Source of the DNA: Chiloscyllium plagiosum
Lineage: Eukaryota
DNA length: 64,000 bases
Reading direction: 5' to 3'
NCBI RefSeq assembly: GCF_004010195.1
Contig: NC_057749.1
Span: 26,138,902-26,202,901 of the forward strand
A program made the translations under genes and the position numbers. This document shows positions 23,991 to 35,785 of this stretch, in pieces (positions within the stretch are counted from its first letter, which is position 1; every line of letters begins with the position of its first letter). A model generated the notes under the pieces. The model was not told the origin of the DNA. It saw only the letters and a list, made by a program, of their open reading frames with translations, and searched no databases.

Positions 23991-25379
23991 GATTCAGTCC
24001 AAGAAAAAACACATGGGCATTTTGAACTATTGCTTAGTATTCTTGCAGAGAAGGTTTGGGACAATACACCACAGCCTATTTGAAAAGCAAGAGGAATAAC
24101 AATGTTTTTTTTAAAAAATTTCAGCATATGGTGGGGAGAAAAATGAAATAATTAAATTTTGTCCATCTCCCTGCCTGCAATATGGTAATTCTCCTACAAC
24201 TGGTTCAGTTTGAATTCAACATGCCTTTGAGAGCAGGCTCAGTGCAATCTGAAATTCTGCTAGAAGCTGAACAAGTTTTTGTTAAGTTGTGTAGCTGTCT
24301 TTTTGGAAGAATGTTTTGAGGCAATTCATTTGTTTATGATAATAAACCAGTAGACACATTTACTGATATCGGATAATTTACTTTAATCCAAATAGATCTC
24401 CACAGACATTATGCTTTCACTACTTTTGCCCTTTAGCACCTCATTGTTCTGGTCTATTATTCATTTCTAAAAGAATGAACAAAAAAAAAACTCATTTTGC
24501 AACCAAGATTGCTTTTGGCCAGCTTCTCTATAAGAATGTGTAGGAGTTAACATAGAACTTTTGATTACACAAATGTCACAAGTGATGCAATTCTGCCCGG
24601 TGACTCACTATCTACAATATATATCAAGTCTATGCATCCTGGATCATCTGAGCAAGATCAATATTTCCAGAGGATACAATGCTGCTGACACAAAGCATCT
24701 ACAGAGCTATTATCAATGTGAATAATTTCATAAAGGTTATAAAACAGTGGTGTACCAGAAATTGCAAGACGTACATGTTAAAATTGCTCCCCAATGATCA
24801 TTAAATCAGGATTATTCCTTGCATGTTTTCTTACAATAGACTGGACAGCTATCATTAAGGATTTTACACCTGTACACATTTCCCATGTAAATAACAGTTA
24901 TGTCAGCTATTTCTAATTACGAATTTCCTATATTGATAACAGAAATTTCCTATGTGAACATTTCATACGATAATTACATTGTCCCACCACTTGCAGCACT
25001 CTCACTAGCTCAAGATAGTTTGAAGATAAATATGTTGCACTGGACATCACAGATTCAACTGTTCATTGAAGCAAAGTCATGGGATCTCCTATGTCCAACT
25101 GAGCCAGAAGACAAGGCCTTAGTTTGATGTCTCATTCAAAAGACAGGACCAGCAACAGTGCAACATTCCAGCTCAGGTCATTGCAGTATAAACCTAGACT
25201 TTGTGCTTCAGTCTTCTGACAACCCTTCAAATCAGAAGCTGGAGTGCTTATACTGAGATAAGGCTGACCCCTGAATTCTGAATATATTCCCATCCAGAAT
25301 TCTGGTTCTGCATTGTCAGTCAAATAAAGCCTCAACTTCAAAGTCTGAAAGCCAGAAAACCTAGATTAAGTCATAGCTT

Positions 25380-26640
25380 AACGGTGAGAATCACATTCTG
25401 GATTAGTGGTGCTGAAAGAGCACAGCAGTTCAGGCAGCATCCAAGGAGCTTCGAAATCGACATTTCGGGCAAAAGCCCTTCATCAGGAATAAAGGCAGTG
25501 AGCCTGGAGTGTGGAGAGAAAAGCTAGAGGAGTGTGGGGGTGGGGAGAAAGTAGCATAGAGTACAATGAGTGAGTGGGGGAGGGGATGAAGGTGATAGGT
25601 CAGCCAGCATCCGAGGAGCAGGAGAGTTGNNNNNNNNNNNNNNNNNNNNNNNNNNNNNNNNNNNNNNNNNNNNNNNNNNNNNNNNNNNNNNNNNNNNNNN
25701 NNNNNNNNNNNNNNNNNNNNNNNNNNNNNNNNNNNNNNNNNNNNNNNNNNNNNNNNNNNNNNNNNNNNNNNNNNNNNNNNNNNNNNNNNNNNNNNNNNNN
25801 NNNNNNNNNNNNNNNNNNNNNNNNNNNNNNNNNNNNNNNNNNNNNNNNNNNNNNNNNNNNNNNNNNNNNNNNNNNNNNNNNNNNNNNNNNNNNNNNNNNN
25901 NNNNNNNNNNNNNNNNNNNNNNNNNNNNNNNNNNNNNNNNNNNNNNNNNNNNNNNNNNNNNNNNNNNNNNNNNNNNNNNNNNNNNNNNNNNNNNNNNNNN
26001 NNNNNNNNNNNNNNNNNNNNNNNNNNNNNNNNNNNNNNNNNNNNNNNNNNNNNNNNNNNNNNNNNNNNNNNNNNNNNNNNNNNNNNNNNNNNNNNNNNNN
26101 NNNNNNNNNNNNNNNNNNNNNNNNNNNNNNNNNNNNNNNNNNNNNNNNNNNNNNNNNNNNNNNNNNNNNNNNNNNNNNNNNNNNNNNNNNNNNNNNNNNN
26201 NNNNNNNNNNNNNNNNNNNNNNNNNNNNNNNNNNNNNNNNNNNNNNNNNNNNNNTTAACCACGTGGGAAGGGAAATTGCGGTCTAAGAAGGAGGCCATCT
26301 GGTGTGTTCTGTGGTGGAACTGGTCCTCCTGGGAGCAGATCTGGCGGAGGCGGAGGAATTGGGAATACGGGATGGCATTTTTGCAAGAGGTAGGGTGGGA
26401 AGAGCTGTAATCCAGGTAGCTGTGGGAGTCGGTAGGTTTGTAAAAAATGTCATTGTTAAGTCGGTCGTCATTAATGGAGATAGAGAGGTCCAGGAAGGGG
26501 AGGGAGGTGTCAGAGATGGTCCAGATAAATTTAAGGTCAGGGTGGAATGTGTTGGTGAAGTTGATGAATTGCTCAACCTCCTCGCGGGAGCACAAGGTGG
26601 CGCCAATGCAGTCATCAATGTAGCGGAGGAAGAGGTGGAG
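25380..26640 (-). mobile_element. Penelope-like element: RT with an intact YIDD motif, a gap, then the 3' pLTR with hammerhead
   Basis: FLRYIDDCIG...FHPDLKF...LPFLDL...YKPTDSHSYLDYSSSHP..CKNAIPYSQFLRLRQICS is open across 26255-26635. The 3' end matches the other PLE ends. Confidence 0.9.
25455..25490 (-). ncRNA. Minimal hammerhead motif, slightly decayed
   Basis: attc-CTGATGA-a-GGGC-tttt-GCCC-GAAATGTC-gatt. Confidence 0.65.
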
Positions 26641-26646
26641 GGGGTG

Positions 26647-27215
26647 AGAATCACAGAATCACTACAGTGTGGAAGCAGACCATTCAGCCCATCGAATTCA
26701 TACAAACCTTCCAAAGAGCATCCCATCCAGACCCACCCTCTTTGCTTGTAACCCTGCATTCCCCAAGGCTAAAAATGTGTTGCTGGAAAAGCGCAGCAGG
26801 TCAGGCAGCATCCAGGGAACAGGAGAATCGACGTTTCGGGCATAAGCCCTTCTTCGGGCTTATGCCCGAAACGTCGATTCTCCTGTTCCCTGGATGCTGC
26901 CTGACCTGCTGTGCTTTTCCAGCAACACATTTTCAGCTCTGATTTCCAGCATCTGCAGTCCTCACTTTTTCCCCCAAGGCTAATCCATCTTATCTGAACA
27001 TCCCTGGACACAATGGGCAATTTATCATGGCCAATCCACCTAACCTGCAGATCTTTGAACTGTGGGAGGAAACCAGAGCAGTGGAAGAAATCCATACAGA
27101 CACAGACCGAATGTGCAAGTGCCACACAGACTTTTGCTTGAGGGTGGAATCAAACCAGGGTCCCTGGCGTTATGAGGCAGCAGTGCTAACTATTTATCCA
27201 CTGTATCATTAAATA
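26647..27215 (-). mobile_element. HE1-type V-SINE, interrupted by a hairpin element
   Basis: Central domain ggccaatccacctaacctgca...tgtgggaggaaaccagagca and a tRNA-like head at about 27140-27215. Confidence 0.85.
26773..26971 (+). mobile_element. Young hairpin PLE-end mini element with a 12-bp TSD
   Basis: TSD ccccaaggctaa at 26761-26772 and 26972-26983. 78-bp arms 26772-26849 and 26856-26933 with one mismatch, a 6-nt loop and a ~38-nt unpaired tail. Confidence 0.93.
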
Positions 27216-27224
27216 GAACCAGGT

Positions 27225-27985
27225 TCAGTGTTATAAGCTTAAATAAAGGTCATTACAAGGGTATGAAGACAGTGTTGGCTAAAGTAGACTGGAAAAGATT
27301 AAACTGGTGCAAAGTAGCGGCAGAGGTTTAAGGGAATCTTTTATTACTCTCACCATAGATATACTCCATTGAGAAAGAAAGGCAATGAGCAGGATGCACC
27401 ATCTGTGGCCAACTAAGGAAGTTAAGGATAACACTAAATTGAAAGAAAACAGGTATAATACTGCACAGATTAATGGTGGGTGAAAAGTATTTTAGAAACC
27501 AATAATGAATGTCTAACAAATGGGGAAAAATTAGAATAAGAGATTAAACTATTAAAAATATTAAATTAGACAGTAAGAGTTGCTAAAGGTATATGAAAAA
27601 AAAGCTTAGCAGCAAAATTAGTTTTGGTCCTTTAAAGCATGAGACTCCTGAATTAATAATGGGAAGCAAGGAAAATAGTAGTGTTGAACATGAATTTTGC
27701 ATCAGTCTTTGCTGCAGAAAAATATATCGCCAAAATAATTTAAAATCAAGACAAAAGGAAGAAAATAACTTAAAACAAAGATCAATGTAAAGGAAAAAGA
27801 ACATGGAAAACATTGTGATTAAAGGCCTACAAAAGTCCCATGGATCTGACTGCCTGCATCTTAGGATCTGCAAAAATATTGGTTTAGATTCAGTTGTTGC
27901 ATTGCTTGCAATCTTCCTAAAGTCCCTCTATTCTAAAAAAAAAGGACCCAGCAAATTGAAAAACATAAAAACTAACATTTTTTAA
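27225..27985 (+). mobile_element. Old decayed CR1 ORF2 fragment
   Basis: KVDW, HPSVAN-like, FASV and KSHGSDCLHLRI.K remnants of the endonuclease-RT linker. Confidence 0.6.
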
Positions 27986-28301
27986 TGGGATATGGATGTT
28001 ACCAGCAAGGCCAGCATTTGTTGTCCTAATGATCTTTTGAACTGAAAACAGCCAGGCCATTTCAGAGGGCAGTTAGAAGCAAATATATTACTGTGGGTCT
28101 TGAATCAGTTAAGTGATATCAGTTAAGGATGGTAGATTTTCTTCACTAAAAATCAATAGAGAACCAGATGAGCTTTTATGTCAATTAACGGCAGTTTCGT
28201 GGTCACGGTTAGTCAGAATAGTCTTTAGTTTGAAACTAAAAAGTTGAATTTAAATTCCACCAGCTGTTGTGGGATTTTAACTCATGTCTCAAAAGCCTTT
28301 A

Positions 28302-28706
28302 GACGAAAGTGAGGACTGCAAAAGCTAGAGATTAGAGTCAAGATTAGTGTGGTGCTGGAAAAGCACAGCAGGTCAGACAGCATCCGAAGAGCAGGAAAAT
28401 TGACATTTTGGGCAGGAGCCCTTCATCAGGAATGAGGCTGGAAGCCTCGGGGGTGGAGAGATAAATGGGAGGGGGTGGGGCTGGGGAGAAGGTAGTTGAC
28501 GTGCAATAGGTGAATGGAGGAAGGGGTACAGCTGATAGGTCGGAGAGGAGGGTGGAGCGGATAGGTGGGAAGGACGATTGACAGATGGGACAGGTCATGA
28601 GGATGGTGCTGAGGTGGAAGTTTGGAACTGGGGTAAGGTGGGGGAGGGGAAATGAGGAAACTGGTGGGGTTGATTGGTGCGGGTGTCCCAGAGATGTTCC
28701 CTTCAA
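28302..28706 (-). mobile_element. PLE 3' fragment with a decayed hammerhead (28398-28433)
   Basis: Similar to 38384-38958. Core reads CTGATGA-a-GGGC-tcct-GCCC-AAAATGTC (GAAA changed to AAAA). Confidence 0.85.
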
Positions 28707-29929
28707 ACACTGCAAATATATTATAAATGAAGTGTCAGCCATGGTTCAGAATGTTATGGAAATTAATTTTGATCACTCTCTTCACTTTCTCAGCAGCTGT
28801 AACATTGTATCCTGCACTCTGTTCTGTTACCTGTAAATCACATAAGACAACACTTTTCACTGTAACTCTGTTAAATCTAACAGCAATAATAAATCAAATC
28901 AAATATTCAAGGCTTAGAAATGCGGAGCATGGGGGCCTTAAAACAGCAGTGGTGACTTCCCACAGCCTATTTTTCCCACTGCAATTTTACCAAGGAAGCG
29001 ATGAGGAATTCATTACCTATGGTTTACTGAGACCAATTAATGGAGTCCAAAGTCAAGTTTTTAACTGGCAAGATGAAACTGGCTAGGTGGCTGAGAAAAA
29101 GGGCATTTCTCACTTCCAGGTTCTCATGCCAAGGGAATTTCCTTCTTATTCCCTTCCCCTCCAACCCAGATGATCCTGGCCCCACTTTTAGACACCTCAA
29201 CTTGGTCCCATCAGGACCTCACAATTACTGACAAGCCCAGGCTTCACTGGAGTTTCCTCTTTATTGCTCACCACTCCTGGTGATGCTGTTGGGACAATTA
29301 GCTGGCAGATCCTAGGGGTGAGATTTCCTCTTGGAAGGAGGAAAATTTCTAGATTTGATCCAATTAAATGCCCAGCAGCTATTAAATGGCTGAGTTACAA
29401 ACCAAACAAGTGCATGAAGGCACACCATCAATTTTTACCAGAAGTGGAGGTCCCAGCCCCAAGAGCAAATGTTTACATCTTTATTTTCAATTAATAGTAT
29501 GTAAAGAAAAATTGGGTTAATGTTACAGATATGACCTATCCTCTGGGCATTTTTGTTCTGATTGGAAGATTGCTTGATTGAAAGATTGGGACAATAATAC
29601 AGTCTGATTTTGCAATGCAAGACCATCTTATACAGCATTATTCCTTCGAGAAATCAGCAATACTCCATCCTCCTTTCTTGAGACAATATACATTGCAGAC
29701 CAAAATTTAAAGTTTGGGTTGTATCAGCCTCTCTGCAATTTTTCTGGAATGATATTGAAGGGCTCTTGACCTTCAAGGGAAGTTAAGATAGTCCAACAGC
29801 CCCACTACATTTTCTAATTTTGTTCTCACTGGGATTGTGACAGTTTGGGGTGGAATATGAAGCAATATTCTGATCCCAAAGCATCAATGGATCAGGGGAA
29901 TACTAAGACAGAGACTAACACAAGACAAA

Positions 29930-30275
29930 TATGACAAAAGGCTTGCAGATGCTGGAGCTCTGAAATAAGACGACTGCTGAAGAAATGCAGCAACCAAAGT
30001 AGCATCTGTGAAAAGTGAAACAGTTTAGGTTGAGACCAATATTCTTTTTACAGACCAAGTCTGAAAACCACTTTTCGTTTACTCTCACAATAAAAATGCA
30101 TCAAAAAAGCCTCAGCTACAAAACTCCTTTAATGGGCTACTGTGTGAAAGCTGCCAAGTTTAATTTTGAAGAGTCATATGCAATTCCAAATGCTAGCTCT
30201 GCTTCTCTCTACATAGTTGCTGTCAGATCTCCTGAGTTTCACCAGCATTTTCTGTTTAATCCCAATTCCCAAGAT
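29930..30275. mobile_element. Old divergent pair of PLE ends (decayed hairpin)
   Basis: gcagatgctgga...agcatctgtg on the left and ttgaagagtca...ctgagtttcaccagcattttctg on the right. Confidence 0.5.
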
Positions 30276-33200
30276 TTACAGGAGGATGGCGTGAAAGAAT
30301 TGCCAAAAATGGAATATTCAGACGGGAGGAATGGCAGGATATGATGACCATCTCCACCCTCGCAGTTGTAAAAATAAGTGAAATCCATTGCCTTGGATCA
30401 AATGTAAAGAATGACTCCTCACATGGGTTACTGGTGATGCCTGATGCCAATATGATTCCATACAGAATCATACATGCAGCACAGGAAACTATTCAGCCTA
30501 TCATGTGAATGCCAGCTCTTTGGGAGAACAATGTCAATTAGGTGCGCTGCCCAACTCTTTTGCAAATGTCAGATATGATTTATCCCCTCAAGTATTGCTC
30601 CAATTCCTTTTTGCAATATATCACTGAATCAGCTTCCTTCACACTCTCAGAACGAAATCAGCAACAGCCTTGAAATCATCCTGCTGCTTTACTTGCGGCT
30701 TGACAGACACTTCTTTTCTGCCGTTACACTTTTCTTTGGGGTAAACCAAATAATAGGTATATTTTGCTGAAATATGTAAGTCATGTGTTCAGGTAAAGTG
30801 AGTCAATTAAGACAACAACTATTTGTTTAGCAATTTACCTGGTGCAATAGCATTCTTGAGGATGGCAAAATTTAAATGTTAAAAGAACAGAAACAAATTC
30901 AAATGAAAATTTAAACTAAGAACAGATGACTGTGGAAGCACCCCACGATACTAGGTACAACAGAACATGTAGCAAAACAACAAATGCATACTCACTAAGA
31001 TTGGGCACTCCTATTGGACTTAGGATTCAGGCAGGTTGTATCTAAAATTTGCACTTTTTGCTTCATTCAAGGCTTATCTTTGATCCTTTCAGCAACATAT
31101 GCAACTCTCCAGACATCCCTGGATTGTACAGAATCATTTCCTTTCCTATACTTTTGTAACTTGAGAAAATGATATGAAGCAACATGAAAAGAAAAGCAGT
31201 ACCAAATTAAACATTTTCCAAGCTCGCAAAAAAACTGATGTGATCTACAGAAATTTGAACATTCAACCTGATTACAGATTTAGGTTCCAATCATTTGGCA
31301 CACAACGAACAAGTTGCATTTAGATAGCTCATTTATCACAATAAAAGATTCCAAGTATTTCACAACAGTATTCCCAAATAAAGTCCAGTACCTCAAAGAG
31401 ACATCAGGACAAATAACCAAAAGTTTGGTTAAACAAGTAGATTTTGAGAAGAACCTTACAGAAGAACAGGAGGTAGAGGGGCCAGAGCAATTTTTTCCAA
31501 GATACATTTGCTCAGGCACACACCATCATTTTGATGCAATGATTGACAGTCCACTTCTAATTGAAATATGGGGTCTTTCTATCTTAAGAGTACAAATTTC
31601 TCTCTTGTAAATGGCTTCAGAGAGAAAGATTCACAAGGCAAGTGAGCAGGAACTGTTCAAAAATGTCAGGCTGATGCATCACACATCTTTATACAAAAAG
31701 GAGCAAGGAGCTCTCTCAATGTCCTAACCTATATTCTCTTCTTAACTTTGACAGTCCCTTTGAAACCACAATCTTTAATAGCTTGAAGAACAAAGGCAGT
31801 AAGTACATGACAAAACTAGCACTTGCAATTACTCCTTCAAGCCACTACAGACTGACTTTAAATTATCACTGCTCCTCCATCATCCTGGAACTACCATCCT
31901 AACAGCACTGGGATAGTACTTACATTTTGACTGTAGCAATGCATTGCCATTATCTTCTTAAATAAATGCTGGTCTGGTCAGTGATGCCCATATCCAGTCA
32001 CCAAATAACAGCAACAATTAGTCAGTGAAAATCAACAAATTGGTCATTCATTCCATTTCTATCAGCAGATCCTATGATGCGCAGATTGGCTGATTTGGTG
32101 GCCCACATACCAACAGTAACTGAATTTTATATTTCACCAGTTGTATGTATTCTAACTTTTGATTACCCTTTTCCTGTTCCTCAAAAGTCTGTACTGCAAG
32201 AAAGACTTGCTTTACATCTGTCTTTCCATACCTCAGGATGTAACTACAAGTTCAGCAGTCTACAAAGGATTTTGAAGTGCCATGATTGGACCAATTGAGA
32301 AATCATAACAAGCAGTGATAGCAGAAGCTTCCACAACAGCAGTAAATTACCAGATCATCTGCTTTCAGTGTTAACTCAAGATTAAACGTTGACCAGGATA
32401 TTGTGAAAACCTGTGCCCTTCATCAAAATTATGTTATAGGATTGTAAATGAGATGGAAGGTAGGGTCTAGTCCATTATCCTCTTATTGCAATGCTACTGG
32501 CAAACCTATTTTAACAATTCTGGTTTCTGACTAAATAATAGCCAGAACAAACTTTTTAATATAATTCATGAACTGTATTTATGCTCAGACAAGTAACTGG
32601 AGGATGTTACTGCTTGAATGCAAATCTTGCCTCGAATTTTTCATAGAGTTGGAATGCAATAAGCAACAGTTGGTGTGAGAGGCACTCATTCAATTTTTGG
32701 TAAACAGGGGAAAACAAAGAAATTTTACCACCAATGAGTGCATCTGCTAATGCTGTGGGGTTTTTTTGGCGGGGAGGGGGGGTGGAATTGCAGGGGGCTG
32801 CTGTGGGACAAGGCAGACTTTAAATGAATGAAACATTAAATAGAAATCAATCTGAATCAATTCCTCTTTGAATAAATAATGTTTTTTTTAATGGGAAAAT
32901 TCAATCCTCAAAATAAAAGTTCCTGCAAAATATCAACATTACAAGAAAAGCCAACATGACTTTTTAGCCATCATCAATAAGCTAGTGTTTCCGAAATTTA
33001 ATCCAACCTTAGATTAATTCTTTTTGTCTGACTTGTGCCCTGATCTCTGTTCCAATTTAAAACTTTTAATGATTAAAAATACTCAGTAAACCTATAGAAG
33101 AATTTAATGTCCACCTCTGGGTTATTTGTAGATGTGGGCAATTAACACGTAAGACAGTGCTAGGCAGAGTCTCTGCTCTCTTCTTACCTCTGCCCCATTT

Positions 33201-33785
33201 ACTTCCATGGCAAGGAAGACCACCTCACTGCTATTCGAGGTCTTCAAATGGACAATTAATGCTCACCTGAGGACTCAATTATTTTTGTTTTTTTTCCCCA
33301 CAGGATGTGATGGCACTGGCTAGGCTAGCATTTATGGTTACACAGTTGTCATTAATCCAACTCTTTATACCAGATTTTTATTGAACTCAAACTTTACTAT
33401 CTGCCATTGTGGGATATGTATGCAAGGTCCCCTGACATTGTCCTGTGGTTCTGGATCGCTCGCCCAGTGACATCACCACTCCACCATCATCTCTCCTAAT
33501 TTGGTCACTTCAGGTATTCAATTAATGGTGGGCAGGGTAGTTACTATACAGTGAGTCCAGGAAAAATATCAGGCTCTCAGTAACTGACTGAAGCACCCTG
33601 TATCAAGAGAATGGGCCTGCTGAGACCTACCCTAACTCCCTCACCCTGCCCTTGCACTTCACCAATCCTAGGCCTCTGTTGAGTACATCATTGGCTGTTA
33701 CTGTCATTGTCAAGTGGCACTGAAGGCAAGGAGAAGCTGCTCACCTCTCGGGTCCTTGATCCAGAAAAGGTCTGCCAGTGATAAG

Positions 33786-34933
33786 TAATGTGACGGGCCA
33801 TCCTCAAAGTGTAGGGCTCCTACAAGCTCTCCAACTGTTGGTGAGCTCCCTGCCATCTAGCTCCAATTTGCCCTAATACTTTCTCTCAGCAACTTCCATA
33901 TGCTACTCTAACTGTTTGCCCCTCCTGTCTATCCATTCCAGCTAGCATTTCTGGCTTGCACTAAAGAATGACATCAAAGCATATCTTAATTTCCATACTG
34001 GCTGAAGTCACCATGAAAGTGTTGGCCATGCGTTGGACACTTCAACCAGTTTACTTATTAAAAACACTTTACCCAAGCCTCTTGTTCCTTAGGCAGATAT
34101 TGTGGATTAGGCGAACAAGGGGACACAAAATTTGGTTTCCAATTCAACTCTATTTTATTCACAAAATATTACTTATTAAAAAAACACCGTACGAGCACTT
34201 CCCAGATTCCTACAATATTTACTCTCTCTCTCTCTAGTACTGTCTGAGAAAGGATATTACTTGCGACGATCCACATGTTTGAGTTGGGGCATTAGAATCT
34301 CTTCAACATAAGGCTGGCTCTCTTCCACAAAGGTGGCTCTCACAGGTCAGGGTGAATCTTTTGGGTTGTCAAACAGTCTTCTGCCACGAGTCTTGCTGCA
34401 AATCTTCCCCATGAGTCCTTGCTCAGTCTTCACTGAGGTTGTGGTGCCCAGGTGAGTTGTTATTCTTTGGCCAATAGGGTCACAAGCTGGGTTCAATCAT
34501 TCAATGGGATTGCGCCAACATTCTTCATTGTTGCCATGCCAGGTGTGAAGTGCTCATACTCAAGCAGTCAACACTTCTCCAATACTCGACCATTGGGTTG
34601 GTTGTAACTGGATAACTTTGAACATTTGTAACCTCGTTGATCTTGGTTTGCACTGTTCTCTGAAGCAGTTTGCTGCTGCTTAATTTGGCCAGTTTTCTGT
34701 CAGGCTGGATTTCTTTGGCTGTGGGCCAATGTAGTTTGGGGCCAAAATTGGACAGTGGCAACTAATGTGACAATCCACCCTCAGAAGAAGCAAAGTGGGG
34801 TCCCACAAGCTTTCCAACTGTTGACAAGCCCCCTGTCTTCTAGCTTCAAATTGCCCTGATACTTTCTCCCAGTAGCCTTCATATTCTGCCCTTAAACTGT
34901 TTCCCCCTGCTGTCTACCCATTCCAGCTAGCAT
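33786..34933 (+). repeat. Diverged ~165-bp direct repeat (33786-33948 and 34763-34933)
   Basis: taatgtgac...acaagct.tccaactgttg...ttgccct.atactttctc...aactgttt.ccc...ccattccagctagcat is present in both copies. Confidence 0.85.
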
Positions 34934-35616
34934 CACAAAGATCCTGCCGTTTCAACCTCACACCTCACTCAAGACCCTCAGGTTAAACTCAAATGAGAGT
35001 GTAGCACTGTGGCCCTCTGGGACTACGTTGACTTTGTTTACAAGGAAAAGCTTTCTCTGGAAACCTAACAATAATGATTAATGGATTAGTGCACTGTCAT
35101 GGAAAGATAAGCAGTCCCAAGCCCAGTAGGGACTGGATTGAACTAACAAATAATTCCACATAGAAAACCAAAATCCTATTATCAGCACAGGGCCGTGCTA
35201 ACAGTAGTTAACTATACTTCAGACTGTTTTTGCAATAAAGTGCATTCACATCTGGGATTTCAAGTTTTAAAATTCTTCAAGCAATAATTTTCCTAAACAT
35301 CTGTGGATGAATATAACAAACTGAGGTTTACTAAGTGAAGGTGAAAGATTGCATGCTGCTTTTTCAAAGAAAGATTGGATTTGAGGGGAATTTTCACCAG
35401 TGTCATGACCAGTACCACCAAAACAAGTTTTCTGGATATTATCAATTTGTTATTGTGTCACAGCTTGCTATGTGCAGTTTGGCTACAACATTTCTTACAC
35501 TTCAAAAGTTCTGAAATATGGGATATAAATGCAAGCTTAGTATCTGAACTATCAATATGAAGCAGGCAAAACTATAATATATATAGTTTCTCAAAGGAAA
35601 GAGAGAATTCACTCAC

Positions 35617-35785
35617 CTTTGTCTCCACACACCAACGTCTTTACAATGCAAGGAACTTCAATATAACCAAAGCTCTTCAGTGTTTGGACCTGTGTTGCTG
35701 TAATCGGATGCTCCCACATTACAGTGTTCATGGCTGGGCAGAAGAGTAGTGGCTTCTTAAGATCCCAGGCTCTAACTATGCAAGT
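35617..35785 (-). CDS. PPCDC: PPCDC internal coding exon (169 nt), with the PAMN motif and clamp cysteine
   Basis: Translates to TCIVRAWDLKKPLLFCPAMNTVMWEHPITATQVQTLKSFGYIEVPCIVKTLVCGDK(G). Acceptor ctctctgagccag, donor AAAG|gtgagt (phase 1). Lies within ORF 35609..35833. Confidence 0.97.

Noticed and set aside
28900..29470. Possible MITE-like shark repeat (similar feel at 33110-33280 and 33520-33790)
   Set aside because: Too degenerate to define termini or a family by eye.
32768..32797. G-rich run with G-quadruplex potential
   Set aside because: A short simple G-tract with no supporting context.
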